This document shows positions 7,265 to 15,667 of a DNA stretch of 37,917 nucleotides, piece after piece. The stretch's first letter is position 1. Every line of letters begins with the position of its first letter. The notes below the pieces were generated by a model, which saw only the letters and a list, made by a program, of their open reading frames with translations, was not told where the DNA came from and made no database searches. Source of the stretch: a virus (taxonomy: Duplodnaviria; Caudoviricetes); IMG/VR virus record IMGVR_UViG_3300049982_000039, positions 1-37,917 of that record; one strand, written 5' to 3'. A program made the translations under genes and the position numbers.

Positions 7265-7642
7265 ATGAACAAAGAAAAAAACAAAGAAGTGAAGGTCGCC
7301 GCCAATCCTGGGTTTCACATCGCGTTCTTCACTACGGCCCAAGGCGATGCGTTGAACGTGTTCTTGCAACTATCTGGGGGCAGCGAGCCCCAGATAGTTT
7401 TTGCGCGCAAGAACGGGGCGTTGCCGCTCTACGAATACTCGCTGTCTGGCCTGTTGAATGCGATGCTTCACAGAACAAGCTTTACATGGTGCATGGACGA
7501 TGATGACCCAATCGAATCAGCGGTCACGCTCTCAGTGGACGATGTGCAGCGCATAGGCAAGATCGCTTCTTCAATGCTTTCTCCGTTCATGGGCCGGTAC
7601 GCACTGGCTTGGGCCCCATTCAATCCGCAAGAGCCGTTTTGA
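7265..7642 (+). CDS. Hypothetical protein
   Basis: GGAG RBS before ATG 7265; no recognised motif. Confidence 0.6.
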   Translation: MNKEKNKEVKVAANPGFHIAFFTTAQGDALNVFLQLSGGSEPQIVFARKNGALPLYEYSLSGLLNAMLHRTSFTWCMDDDDPIESAVTLSVDDVQRIGKIASSMLSPFMGRYALAWAPFNPQEPF

Positions 7643-7659
7643 ATGTTGAGGATCCGGGC

Positions 7660-8589
7660 ATGAACAATTCAAATCTTCCGCAATTAACGATCGACGAAGA
7701 ACTGCGCGTATGGATCGACCCGCTGTCATCCGAAGAATATTCGCTCCTGGAAGCGAGCATATTGCAAGACGGCTGCCGTGATCCGCTAGTGGTCTGGGGC
7801 GGTTATCTGCTGGACGGGCACAACCGGTATGAAATTTGTCTGAAACACGGCATTGAGTTCCAGACGTTCGAGAAAGCCGGCTTGAAGACGAAGGCTGACG
7901 CCAAGATATGGATGATCGAGAACCAGCTCGGCAAGCGCAACACAACCGACTTCAGCCGCGCCGCCTACGTTCTCAAGCTGAAGCCATTGCTCGCGCAGCG
8001 AGCTAAAGAGCGGCAAGTCGGGACGTTGAAACAGAGCAATTCTCCCGTTCGTCCCATTTCGGACGAACGGGGAATTCGCACTGATGACGCTTTGGCGAAA
8101 ATGGCTGGCGTGGGTCGAAATACCGTGCGCAAGGTCGAAAAGATCATCGAAAAGGCGGCGCCAGAAGTCATTCAGAAGGTGCGCGCCGGCGAAATGTCGA
8201 TCAACGCCGCGGCCAAGACAGTCGAACCGCCAAAGCCAAAAGCGCCCGAGACTCCCCGCGATGAGCCGCCCCGGCCGGCGCTCAAGCTGGCTGACACACC
8301 GCCGCACCCCGACGTTGAAGGCGATCCGGAAAGCTATGGCCCATCCAAAGAAGAGATGCAAAAGTCGCTTGATGACGAGGCAGCCGACATTGACGCGCTG
8401 CGCCGGTGGGCCGAGTCGGATGACAAAATTGCCGCTGCTCTGGCAGAAGTAAAACAACTCCGCGAACTGAATCGTGTCCTGAAGTCGCAGAACGACGGTA
8501 AGCAGAACACGATCAACGAGCAGATTCGCATGATCAGGTCCCTGCAGCGGCAGGTGAAGAAGCTTGAGCAAGGGCGCGCCGCAGCATGA
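7660..8589 (+). CDS. ParB/Srx-like N-domain protein with HTH and C-terminal coiled coil
   Basis: SILQDGCRDPLVVW..LLDGHNRY motif; LAKMAGVGRNTV HTH; GAGGA RBS. Confidence 0.85.
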   Translation: MNNSNLPQLTIDEELRVWIDPLSSEEYSLLEASILQDGCRDPLVVWGGYLLDGHNRYEICLKHGIEFQTFEKAGLKTKADAKIWMIENQLGKRNTTDFSRAAYVLKLKPLLAQRAKERQVGTLKQSNSPVRPISDERGIRTDDALAKMAGVGRNTVRKVEKIIEKAAPEVIQKVRAGEMSINAAAKTVEPPKPKAPETPRDEPPRPALKLADTPPHPDVEGDPESYGPSKEEMQKSLDDEAADIDALRRWAESDDKIAAALAEVKQLRELNRVLKSQNDGKQNTINEQIRMIRSLQRQVKKLEQGRAAA

Positions 8590-10124
8590 GGGATATGTTC
8601 AACAGCGGTGTGCCGGATTACGCGAATGCGACGTTTCCCGACCCTCGCGAATTCCAGGTCGCCGCACATGATGCACTGCGAGCAGGCTATGCGGCCGGCC
8701 ACAAGAATCAGGTCATCATGGCACCTACCGGAGCCGGCAAGACCTACCTGGGCTTGCGTATCGCCCATGAAGCCCTGTTGAAGGGCAAGCGGGCCCTGTT
8801 CATCTGTGACCGCACCACGCTGATCAATCAGACCTCCGCCGTGGCTGACAGTTATGGCTTGACCGAGCACGGCATCATTCAGGCCGATCATTGGCGCGGA
8901 AATAACTACCCGTTTCAGATTGCGAGCGCGATGACCCTCGCGGCGCGCAATCAATGGCCAGCGGCGAACGTGATTATCGTCGACGAATGCCATACTCAGA
9001 TCAAGGTCTGGACCGAGTACATCAAAACCTGTAAGGCGGCGGTCGTCGGGCTTAGTGCCACGCCATTCTCAAAGGGACTCGGGAAACTGTTCTCGAACCT
9101 GATCAACGCCACCACCATGCACGCGCTTACCGCGTGCGAGAAACCGGTTCTGGTTCCGATGCGCGTCTTCTCCTGCACCAAGCCGAACATGGCCGATGCG
9201 GCAACGAACGACGAGGGCGAGTGGACCAGCATCGCGGCAGCTGAGCGCGGCATGAAGATCGTCGGCGATGTCGTGACCGAATGGATCAAGTTTGCAGAAG
9301 GGCGCAAGACCATCGTTTTTGCCGCAAACATTGCACACTGCGAAGAGCTCTGCCGGCAATTCAATGATGCGGGAATCATGGCGTCGACCTTCACCTCGGA
9401 AACCAGCGCGCACGACCGGGAACAGATACTGGCGGAGTACTCAAAGCCCGACTCGGTGATCCGCGTGCTGATTTCGGTGGAAGCGCTCAGCAAAGGTTTC
9501 GATCGTCCTGATGTCGGCTGCGTGGTCGATTGCCGGCCGCTGCGCAAGTCGCTCTCCACCGCGATTCAGATGTGGGGCAGGGGGCTGCGAGCATCTCCAG
9601 ATACCGGAAAGAAGGATTGCATCCTGCTGGACCATAGCGGGAACATCCTGCGATTCGCCGAAGACTTCAGCGACATCTTTTACAACGGGCTGGACGCGCT
9701 CGACGCCGGCGAGAAACTCGACAAGACGGTACGCAAGGAAACAGAAGAAAAGGACATCGTCGCCTGCCCGAGCTGCGGCTTCAAACCCTATGCGCGGCGC
9801 TGCATCTCCTGCGGTTTCGAGGCCAAAGCACCGTCCCTGATAGAGCACGAGCAGGGCGAAATGCGCGAAGTCATTATCGGCAAGCGCAAACTGGCGGACG
9901 ATCCGCGCCATCTATATGCGCAACTGTGCGCCTATGCCCGGACCTATTCGAAGCCGGAAGCACAGAAGGGCCGCGCCGCCCATCTGTACAAAGACATCAT
10001 GGGTTCATGGCCGCCGAACGAATTCCGGTTCGAGACCACGGCCGACACACCGATTTCTCATGCGGTCCTCAATCAGATCCGCTCAAAAAATATCCGGCAT
10101 GCGAAAGGCAGGAAGAGCGCATGA
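8586..10124 (+). CDS. SF2 DExH helicase with C-terminal Zn ribbon
   Basis: APTGAGKT, DECH, SAT, KGFD, QMWGRGLR motifs; CPSC...CISC. Confidence 0.95.
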   Translation: MRDMFNSGVPDYANATFPDPREFQVAAHDALRAGYAAGHKNQVIMAPTGAGKTYLGLRIAHEALLKGKRALFICDRTTLINQTSAVADSYGLTEHGIIQADHWRGNNYPFQIASAMTLAARNQWPAANVIIVDECHTQIKVWTEYIKTCKAAVVGLSATPFSKGLGKLFSNLINATTMHALTACEKPVLVPMRVFSCTKPNMADAATNDEGEWTSIAAAERGMKIVGDVVTEWIKFAEGRKTIVFAANIAHCEELCRQFNDAGIMASTFTSETSAHDREQILAEYSKPDSVIRVLISVEALSKGFDRPDVGCVVDCRPLRKSLSTAIQMWGRGLRASPDTGKKDCILLDHSGNILRFAEDFSDIFYNGLDALDAGEKLDKTVRKETEEKDIVACPSCGFKPYARRCISCGFEAKAPSLIEHEQGEMREVIIGKRKLADDPRHLYAQLCAYARTYSKPEAQKGRAAHLYKDIMGSWPPNEFRFETTADTPISHAVLNQIRSKNIRHAKGRKSA

Positions 10125-10972
10125 ACTTCGCCACCTTCGCCAGCCTGCACGGACTGATCGTCGGCGATGTCTACGCCAGCGACAAGATCAAACGCTGCCC
10201 GACTGAAATGCATCCGCGTTCGGACAACGGCGCGTATTTCTTTGATGGCCGCCGGGGATGGGTGTTTGCATGGGATGGCGCCGCGCAAACAGTCTGGTGG
10301 AACGATGAAACCGCAACGCCTTGGACCGATGCGGAAAAACGCGCATGGGCCGAACGCCGGCGCAAAGAGACCGAACGCCGGAAGGATATGCAGCGCCGCG
10401 CCGCGGTGAGTGCGCAGGAACTGATCAAGCGCTGCAAGCCAATGCCGCACAACTATTTGCGCTCGAAGCAGCTGCCCGATGTGATGGGCCTGGTCAACGA
10501 GGAAAACCATCTGATCGTGCCGATGCGCGACCTTGAGACCAATGCGCTCCACGGGGCGCAAGTCATCCGCTGGCTGATGGAAGAACGGCAGTGGGAAAAG
10601 AAGATGCTGCCGGGGATGAAGGCTAAAGGTGCTGTCCTGCGGCTGGGATCGGTCAAGACCGGGGAAACGTGGCTGTGTGAAGGGTATGCCACCGCACTCT
10701 CGATTGAGGCGGCCCTGCGTCGTCTGAATGCGAATGCGAGCGTTCTGGTGTGCTTCTCCGCGAACAATCTGATGCAGGTTGCGCCGATGGTTAAGGGGCG
10801 CCGGTTCGTCTATGCGGATCACGACAAGAGCGGCACTGGGCAGCGCGCCGCTGAGGACACAGGACTGCCGTTCTGCATGTCCGATGTCGAGGGCAATGAT
10901 GCAAATGACGATCACTCGCAGTTTGGGCTGATGGCGGTCTGCAAGAAGATCATGGAGGCGCGGCGGGCATAA
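10121..10972 (+). CDS. TOPRIM-domain primase
   Basis: LCEGYATALS and YADHD motifs; ATG 10121 overlaps helicase stop. Confidence 0.88.
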   Translation: MNFATFASLHGLIVGDVYASDKIKRCPTEMHPRSDNGAYFFDGRRGWVFAWDGAAQTVWWNDETATPWTDAEKRAWAERRRKETERRKDMQRRAAVSAQELIKRCKPMPHNYLRSKQLPDVMGLVNEENHLIVPMRDLETNALHGAQVIRWLMEERQWEKKMLPGMKAKGAVLRLGSVKTGETWLCEGYATALSIEAALRRLNANASVLVCFSANNLMQVAPMVKGRRFVYADHDKSGTGQRAAEDTGLPFCMSDVEGNDANDDHSQFGLMAVCKKIMEARRA

Positions 10973-10988
10973 GGATTGAGCAGTAACC

Positions 10989-11410
10989 GCAACCGGATAT
11001 GTTCAGGGTGAACCGCGTAGGGTCCGGACGCGTGACAGTAAAGGCGACCAACTAAGCTTAAGGGTCGCGCCGTGGTGGTGGCACTGCAGCAGCATGGAGA
11101 AATTTCTGATGGACGGCACCAGCACGAGAGTGTGGGGTACGCGCAAGCCTTCCGGACGTCAGAAACCATGTGGTTGTGGGCGGGGCAGAGCGGCTAGGGC
11201 GTGCGCACAACGGCACGCGATAGTCTGCCCAGTCGGGATGCAACGTTTAGCGAAAGCCCGACCCGGTTGTAAGAGTGGATACCTCATTTATACCGGATGC
11301 CCCAGGTCCGCGATCTTCTGGTCGTGGCTTGGGATGGTTATGCCGGAAGGTCGAGCGTTTCCTATTTTCCCGGTTGCAGGCGTCAGTCAGGTAGAGGCAA
11401 AGCGCTTACA
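10989..11410 (+). ncRNA. Candidate large structured ncRNA or structured replication origin
   Basis: Many nested helices with G-U pairs and GNRA loops filling the primase-downstream intergenic space (detailed in findings). Confidence 0.65.
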
Positions 11411-11443
11411 AGAACAGCAGCTAGACATTAGAAAGGGGTCCGA

Positions 11444-11740
11444 ATGAAATTGAGTGAATCGGAGTTGGATGACCTGCGCTATCTGCGCCGGCGCTATGGG
11501 TGGGATGACAGGGACGCTCGTGGCGTGATGGCGGCGATTGCGGAAAGCGAGCAGGGCCCGCGCTATTTTGTGGTGCTGGCGGCAGCTCACCGCGCCGGCT
11601 ATGAACCGGCTCCGGAGAACGATTTCATTCGCCTGAATACCTGGTGCGTCGAACAGGGATTTGGCGATCCGTTCGGCCCGGAATTTGATCTGGCGGCGCT
11701 GCAGGCGATGGGCCGCGACCTGGTGGAGATGGCGGGATGA
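11444..11740 (+). CDS. Hypothetical protein
   Basis: AAGGGG RBS; coupled to next gene. Confidence 0.7.
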   Translation: MKLSESELDDLRYLRRRYGWDDRDARGVMAAIAESEQGPRYFVVLAAAHRAGYEPAPENDFIRLNTWCVEQGFGDPFGPEFDLAALQAMGRDLVEMAG

Positions 11741-12054
11741 GCAATTTGGTCGAAGTGACGCAAGCGATGGTCGACGCTGCGCTCGCGGCCGGCAAGGCAT
11801 CCGGGGCGCTGGCGGGCAATGCGAGGGCAGGGGATGTGCGCAGGCTGATCGCGGCAGCCTTGGGTGAGGCACCGGTGAAGGAAAACGGCGTGCGCTTCAA
11901 TCTGCTGGTGAACACCGCGATTACGGTCAAGAAAGCCCGATTCCTGGGCGCGACGGGGCAGCGGTGCTACTACCGGGTGGAATGCGAAGACGGGCAGATT
12001 CTGACGGTGCACGGCAACGAGATCCATGCCGATGGCGGGACGCGGCAGGCATGA
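11737..12054 (+). CDS. Hypothetical protein
   Basis: ATGA coupling on both sides. Confidence 0.7.
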   Translation: MSNLVEVTQAMVDAALAAGKASGALAGNARAGDVRRLIAAALGEAPVKENGVRFNLLVNTAITVKKARFLGATGQRCYYRVECEDGQILTVHGNEIHADGGTRQA

Positions 12055-12560
12055 GACTGAAACGGATCACGGCGAGGCAGCAGGCTGTGTTGGACTTTGT
12101 TGTGTCCCAGATTGGCGACAAGGGGTTTCCTCCCACGCGCGCGGAAATCTGCGAGCACTTTGGTTTCAAATCTGCGAACGCTGCGGAGACCTATCTGGTG
12201 ATTTTGCGCGACAGGGGTTACATCACGCTTATCAAAGACATAGCGCGCGGCATTCTCGTGAGCCCGGAGCAAATGACGGCATTTCGCATGAGGCATGCGC
12301 TTGCAATGCCTGGCTCGACAGCGTTTGCCCTCGTTGCCGACACCGATGATCTGCCCGGCCGGCTGGCATTCCTTCGAATGCTGAAGGAAAAGACGGTATA
12401 TGCCGATCACGCGACCTTGGGCCTGATCATTCAGGACTACGAGCGGACATTCCGGTTGCGGCGCGCGGTAGAGCAGAGCGTGGAGAACGAGGACCGGCGC
12501 GGCCGAACGATGCGACCGCAGCAGCGCAATCAGATTTCACGGTTTCAGAAGGTCGGCTAA
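12051..12560 (+). CDS. LexA DNA-binding-domain protein lacking the peptidase domain
   Basis: TARQQAVLDF...GFPPTRAEICEHFGFKSANAAE..L..RGYI....ARGI closely follows the LexA N-domain; unrelated C-terminus. Confidence 0.85.
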   Translation: MRLKRITARQQAVLDFVVSQIGDKGFPPTRAEICEHFGFKSANAAETYLVILRDRGYITLIKDIARGILVSPEQMTAFRMRHALAMPGSTAFALVADTDDLPGRLAFLRMLKEKTVYADHATLGLIIQDYERTFRLRRAVEQSVENEDRRGRTMRPQQRNQISRFQKVG

Positions 12561-12587
12561 GTGAGCTTTTACAGGGAGAGCAGGGCA

Positions 12588-13169
12588 ATGACTGAGATTT
12601 TCAATAGTGCGCACGCTGCATTGACATTCGCATACCGGTTTTCGTCCGAGCAGTATGATCGGCCGCTAATGAACCGACTCGCCGACAAGGAATCCCGCAC
12701 AGGCAAAGGGCTGGCCGGCATGAACGGCGCAGGGCAGGCCGGAATGATCCGCAGAGAGGTCAAGGCGCTGGGCGACCTGTACGAAGCCCTGGTCATTGCA
12801 TCCTTCGCGCCGCACGCCACCCCCTGCACCTGCAAGGCATCGTGCTGCGCCGGGGAGAAGGTGAACCGCGAGTGGAGCGATGCTATTTATTTGATCACCA
12901 TGAGCGCCATGCAGGAGCTATCGGGGAAACTATCGCATTACGCGTTGCGGCGCGGGATTATTGAACGCCACTTCGGGGTAAAGCGGACCATCACGGAGTT
13001 GGCAGAGCTGTGCGGCGTCCATCGCGATACGGTATCCGAGCACAATTCCATCCTGACGCTCTGGCTTGCCGGTGACAGGCGGCGTGATACGCCGAACGCG
13101 AAGGTAGGCGAGATTACCAGGGCGATCGCGGCCGCTGGCGAAAGGCTGTCGTTATGCGGAATGGTATAG
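12588..13169 (+). CDS. Probable Q-like late antiterminator/regulator
   Basis: Last early gene before late promoter and terminator; CxC...CC cluster and C-terminal HTH (ITELAELCGVHRDTV). Confidence 0.6.
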   Translation: MTEIFNSAHAALTFAYRFSSEQYDRPLMNRLADKESRTGKGLAGMNGAGQAGMIRREVKALGDLYEALVIASFAPHATPCTCKASCCAGEKVNREWSDAIYLITMSAMQELSGKLSHYALRRGIIERHFGVKRTITELAELCGVHRDTVSEHNSILTLWLAGDRRRDTPNAKVGEITRAIAAAGERLSLCGMV

Positions 13170-13193
13170 AGATAAATAGGGTATGCGGAATAA

Positions 13194-13223
13194 CTTGTAG
13201 CACGCTGCAGATCGTGCTACAAG
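13194..13223. promoter_or_regulatory. Perfect 11-bp inverted repeat containing a possible promoter
   Basis: CTTGTAGCACG-N8-CGTGCTACAAG; TTGTAG-17-TACAAG spacing. Confidence 0.6.
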
Positions 13224-13259
13224 CATCCAACGGATTATTGTGTGGAAGGACAAACTCAT

Positions 13260-13469
13260 ATGTCGCAGACCATTACTCAACTGAGTGCGCCCGCGCGTAG
13301 CGAACTCAATGCCTGGGCTGAGTCTTATGCTGCCGCAATTGATAAAGCCGTGAAAGTTCTTGGTTCAGACGCCGTCCGGGCAGAGCTGGCTGAAGTTGGC
13401 GCTGCAATCGAGCGTGCCCAGGTGAAGTTAAGCGCCATCGATACTGCCGTTTTCAAGAAAAGCAGTTAA
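13260..13469 (+). CDS. Small helical moron protein
   Basis: AAGGA RBS before ATG 13260; flanked by AT-rich spacers. Confidence 0.65.
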   Translation: MSQTITQLSAPARSELNAWAESYAAAIDKAVKVLGSDAVRAELAEVGAAIERAQVKLSAIDTAVFKKSS

Positions 13470-13581
13470 CCGACATTCTTGACCTTCCAGCCTGGATTCC
13501 CACACGGGAGCCCCGGATTTCGCTAAGTCTGTTTCAACACGCTAATCTGGATACCCGATAAATAATATTTTCTTGGAAAGC

Positions 13582-13610
13582 TTGACTATAACCAATGCTT
13601 TGCGGAAAAT
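13582..13610 (+). promoter_or_regulatory. PR'-like late promoter
   Basis: TTGACT, 17-bp spacer, GAAAAT; followed ~40 bp later by a terminator. Confidence 0.65.
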
Positions 13611-13648
13611 AGAGCCTAATTAGATAAGGTGTATTGCTACGCCAAACG

Positions 13649-13679
13649 AACCCGCCTCCCGAAAAGGACGCGGGTTTTT
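13649..13679 (+). terminator. tR'-like intrinsic terminator
   Basis: AACCCGC-C-TCC/GGA-C-GCGGGTT stem plus T tract. Confidence 0.8.
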
Positions 13680-13933
13680 GCGTTTACGCAGCGCCATCAA
13701 GCAAGTCCGTTAGCAGGACACTTTCCTGTTGCTTCGGCCGGAGCGGCCCGAGAGGCTTAATGGTCTGCCTTGATAGCGTGCGCGCCAAATCGCCATTTTT
13801 GGCGGGAATTTGACAATAAGTCACAGCAAATCAAGAAGTTAACCGTGCGCGCCATATGGAGCGCTTACCGCGTCCCCTCCAGATCACATCCCGCGATCGG
13901 ATTCAGCCACCCCTAGTTCTCTGAGCTAGTCCA

Positions 13934-13966
13934 GTTCGTTATCGGAATCACGATAACGGGCTTTTT
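13934..13966 (+). terminator. Second intrinsic terminator in the late leader
   Basis: AGTTCGTTATC/GATAACGGGCT stem plus T tract. Confidence 0.6.
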
Positions 13967-14160
13967 ACCGAGGCTGCCATGTTCACACTGCGCCACATCG
14001 GACCGAGTTGGATCATCCGTATAGATGCATGGAGAGGGCATGGCGCCACACCGCAGGATGCATATCAGGACCTGATGTACTGGAAGAAGGTAGGCAGACG
14101 GTGATTCCAGTAGGGGTGGTACGCCGCATGATGCCTAATACAAATCTAGAAGGAAAAAAC

Positions 14161-14376
14161 ATGGCAGCCGCCCCAAACATTGTTGTCAATGTCGTCACGG
14201 TAGAAGGCGTAAAGCTGAATATCGCGGAAGGCGACACTCTCGCTGTGATGGTGCCGCAATTGCTGACGGCAAAGCAACGTGAGTGGATCCGCGCTGCCAT
14301 AAAGAACGAATTCGCCAACGTGAAGGTGTTGGTTCTTGATGGCGGCATTACGGTAGCGGCGATACCTCAGGCATAA
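14161..14376 (+). CDS. Hypothetical protein
   Basis: AAGGA RBS before ATG 14161. Confidence 0.7.
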   Translation: MAAAPNIVVNVVTVEGVKLNIAEGDTLAVMVPQLLTAKQREWIRAAIKNEFANVKVLVLDGGITVAAIPQA

Positions 14377-14380
14377 GCGC

Positions 14381-14662
14381 ATGGCGATTCAGACCGCATT
14401 TGAGATCGGCGAAAAGCTGAGCAAGGCGCTGGGCCTGCCGAAGAATGTGAGGTGGCTGGAACTGCGTGTCGCTGGCAATGAGGCGGTCACAGTCCGGTGT
14501 GAATACTATCCCGAGCGCGTGGATGGCATGCCGCTTGATACTGTGCTCGCGGAATATGTAGTGGTGCGGCGCGAAGTAGAGTTGGCCGCCAACGTCCATT
14601 TCGACGCCTGGTTCAATGCGCGCAGGAATGCGGCACATGCAGCCTTCATAGGCAGACGATGA
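14381..14662 (+). CDS. Hypothetical protein
   Basis: Tightly packed in the late operon. Confidence 0.65.
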   Translation: MAIQTAFEIGEKLSKALGLPKNVRWLELRVAGNEAVTVRCEYYPERVDGMPLDTVLAEYVVVRREVELAANVHFDAWFNARRNAAHAAFIGRR

Positions 14663-14781
14663 GCGGCATGTCGATGTGGCAGCTAATGCTAGAGATGTGG
14701 CACATCGAATACCTGCACCAGCTCACGGTATGGCACGGCGAGCGATGGAAGCAGATCGAGGCGCAGATCAAGAAAGCCTGA
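14659..14781 (+). CDS. 40-aa hypothetical protein (absent from ORF track)
   Basis: MSGMSMWQLMLEMWHIEYLHQLTVWHGERWKQIEAQIKKA; ATGA coupling; ends 3 bp before the HNH gene. Confidence 0.55.
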   Translation: MSGMSMWQLMLEMWHIEYLHQLTVWHGERWKQIEAQIKKA

Positions 14782-14784
14782 CCT

Positions 14785-15108
14785 ATGGCATGGAGCAAGG
14801 AATCCCGTCACAAGCGCGGCTATGGCACAGCATGGGACAAGATCAGGGAGCGCATCCTCAAACGAGATGAGGGCATGTGCCAGTGCACCGACTGCAAAGG
14901 CATCAAGCGCTCAGCTAACGAGGTCGACCACATCGTCAGCAAGGCGAAGGCCAAGCGGCTCGGATGGTCGCAGGCGCGCATCGATGCCGAGAGCAACCTG
15001 CAAGCGATCAACCATGATTGCCATATCAAGAAGAGCGCAGAAGAGCAGGGACAAGCGCTCAAGCCCAAGGTGAAGATCGGACTCGACGGCTGGCCGATCA
15101 GGCAATGA
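14785..15108 (+). CDS. HNH endonuclease, HK97 gp74-like terminase cofactor
   Basis: CQC..C, VDHI, NLQ, CH motifs; directly upstream of terS. Confidence 0.9.
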   Translation: MAWSKESRHKRGYGTAWDKIRERILKRDEGMCQCTDCKGIKRSANEVDHIVSKAKAKRLGWSQARIDAESNLQAINHDCHIKKSAEEQGQALKPKVKIGLDGWPIRQ

Positions 15109-15256
15109 TGATGCAGAGCAGCAACTATTGCTACATTTGAAATGTTGCACAGGGGTAAGGGAGGGTGGGAAGTCCGAGCAGCAACTTTTTAAGGACCGCA
15201 TCGACCCCATTTATTCACACCGTCAGTTAGCAAAAACGGTTTTTCAGACAAGCACT
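15109..15256. other. Probable cos/packaging region (exact site not determined)
   Basis: Non-coding gap between HNH and terS, where HK97-type phages carry cos. Confidence 0.5.
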
Positions 15257-15667
15257 ATGACCGCCAAGAAGCCTACCACCCTGAAATCCATCGCTGGCAC
15301 AGGTAGGCCGGACCGGGACGCTCCGAGCACGGTCTCCATGCCGGCGATCAGCCAAGCACCCAAGGCGCCTGACTGGCTGCCGAACTCGCATGCGGTGAAA
15401 GAGTGGAATCGACTCACTGCAATTCTCACAGCGAACAAATTGTTGACCGAAGCCAGCCTGTCGGCGCTGGGCATGCTGTGCGCCCTACACGGAAAGATAG
15501 TCCAGTTGTATGCGGCCGGCGAAGCTCCTACGGCAAGCATGGCCGGAACTCTGCGCAACATGGAAAACGACTTCGGCCTTACGCCGGTCGCTCAAGGCAA
15601 GGTGAAACAAGTTGGCGAAACGGACAAAGGAAACAAGTTCGCAAATAACGGAAAGCGGACAGCGTAA
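15257..15667 (+). CDS. terS: Terminase small subunit, P27-like
   Basis: KPTTLK...G..R, PKAPDWL...KEWNRL, FGLTP motifs. Confidence 0.85.
   Translation: MTAKKPTTLKSIAGTGRPDRDAPSTVSMPAISQAPKAPDWLPNSHAVKEWNRLTAILTANKLLTEASLSALGMLCALHGKIVQLYAAGEAPTASMAGTLRNMENDFGLTPVAQGKVKQVGETDKGNKFANNGKRTA

Noticed and set aside
9926-10120. N-terminal extensions in the ORF track (also 7609, 11964, 14008, 15128, 5155, 6424)
   Set aside because: Downstream ATGs with RBS or stop-start coupling are better starts
10989-11410. Group I/II intron, retron or CRISPR array
   Set aside because: No domain V or P7-type motifs recognised, no interrupted gene, no reverse transcriptase, no repeat-spacer periodicity
11094-11447. 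117-aa ORF in the post-primase gap
   Set aside because: No clear RBS, atypical composition, and the region is better explained by nested RNA helices
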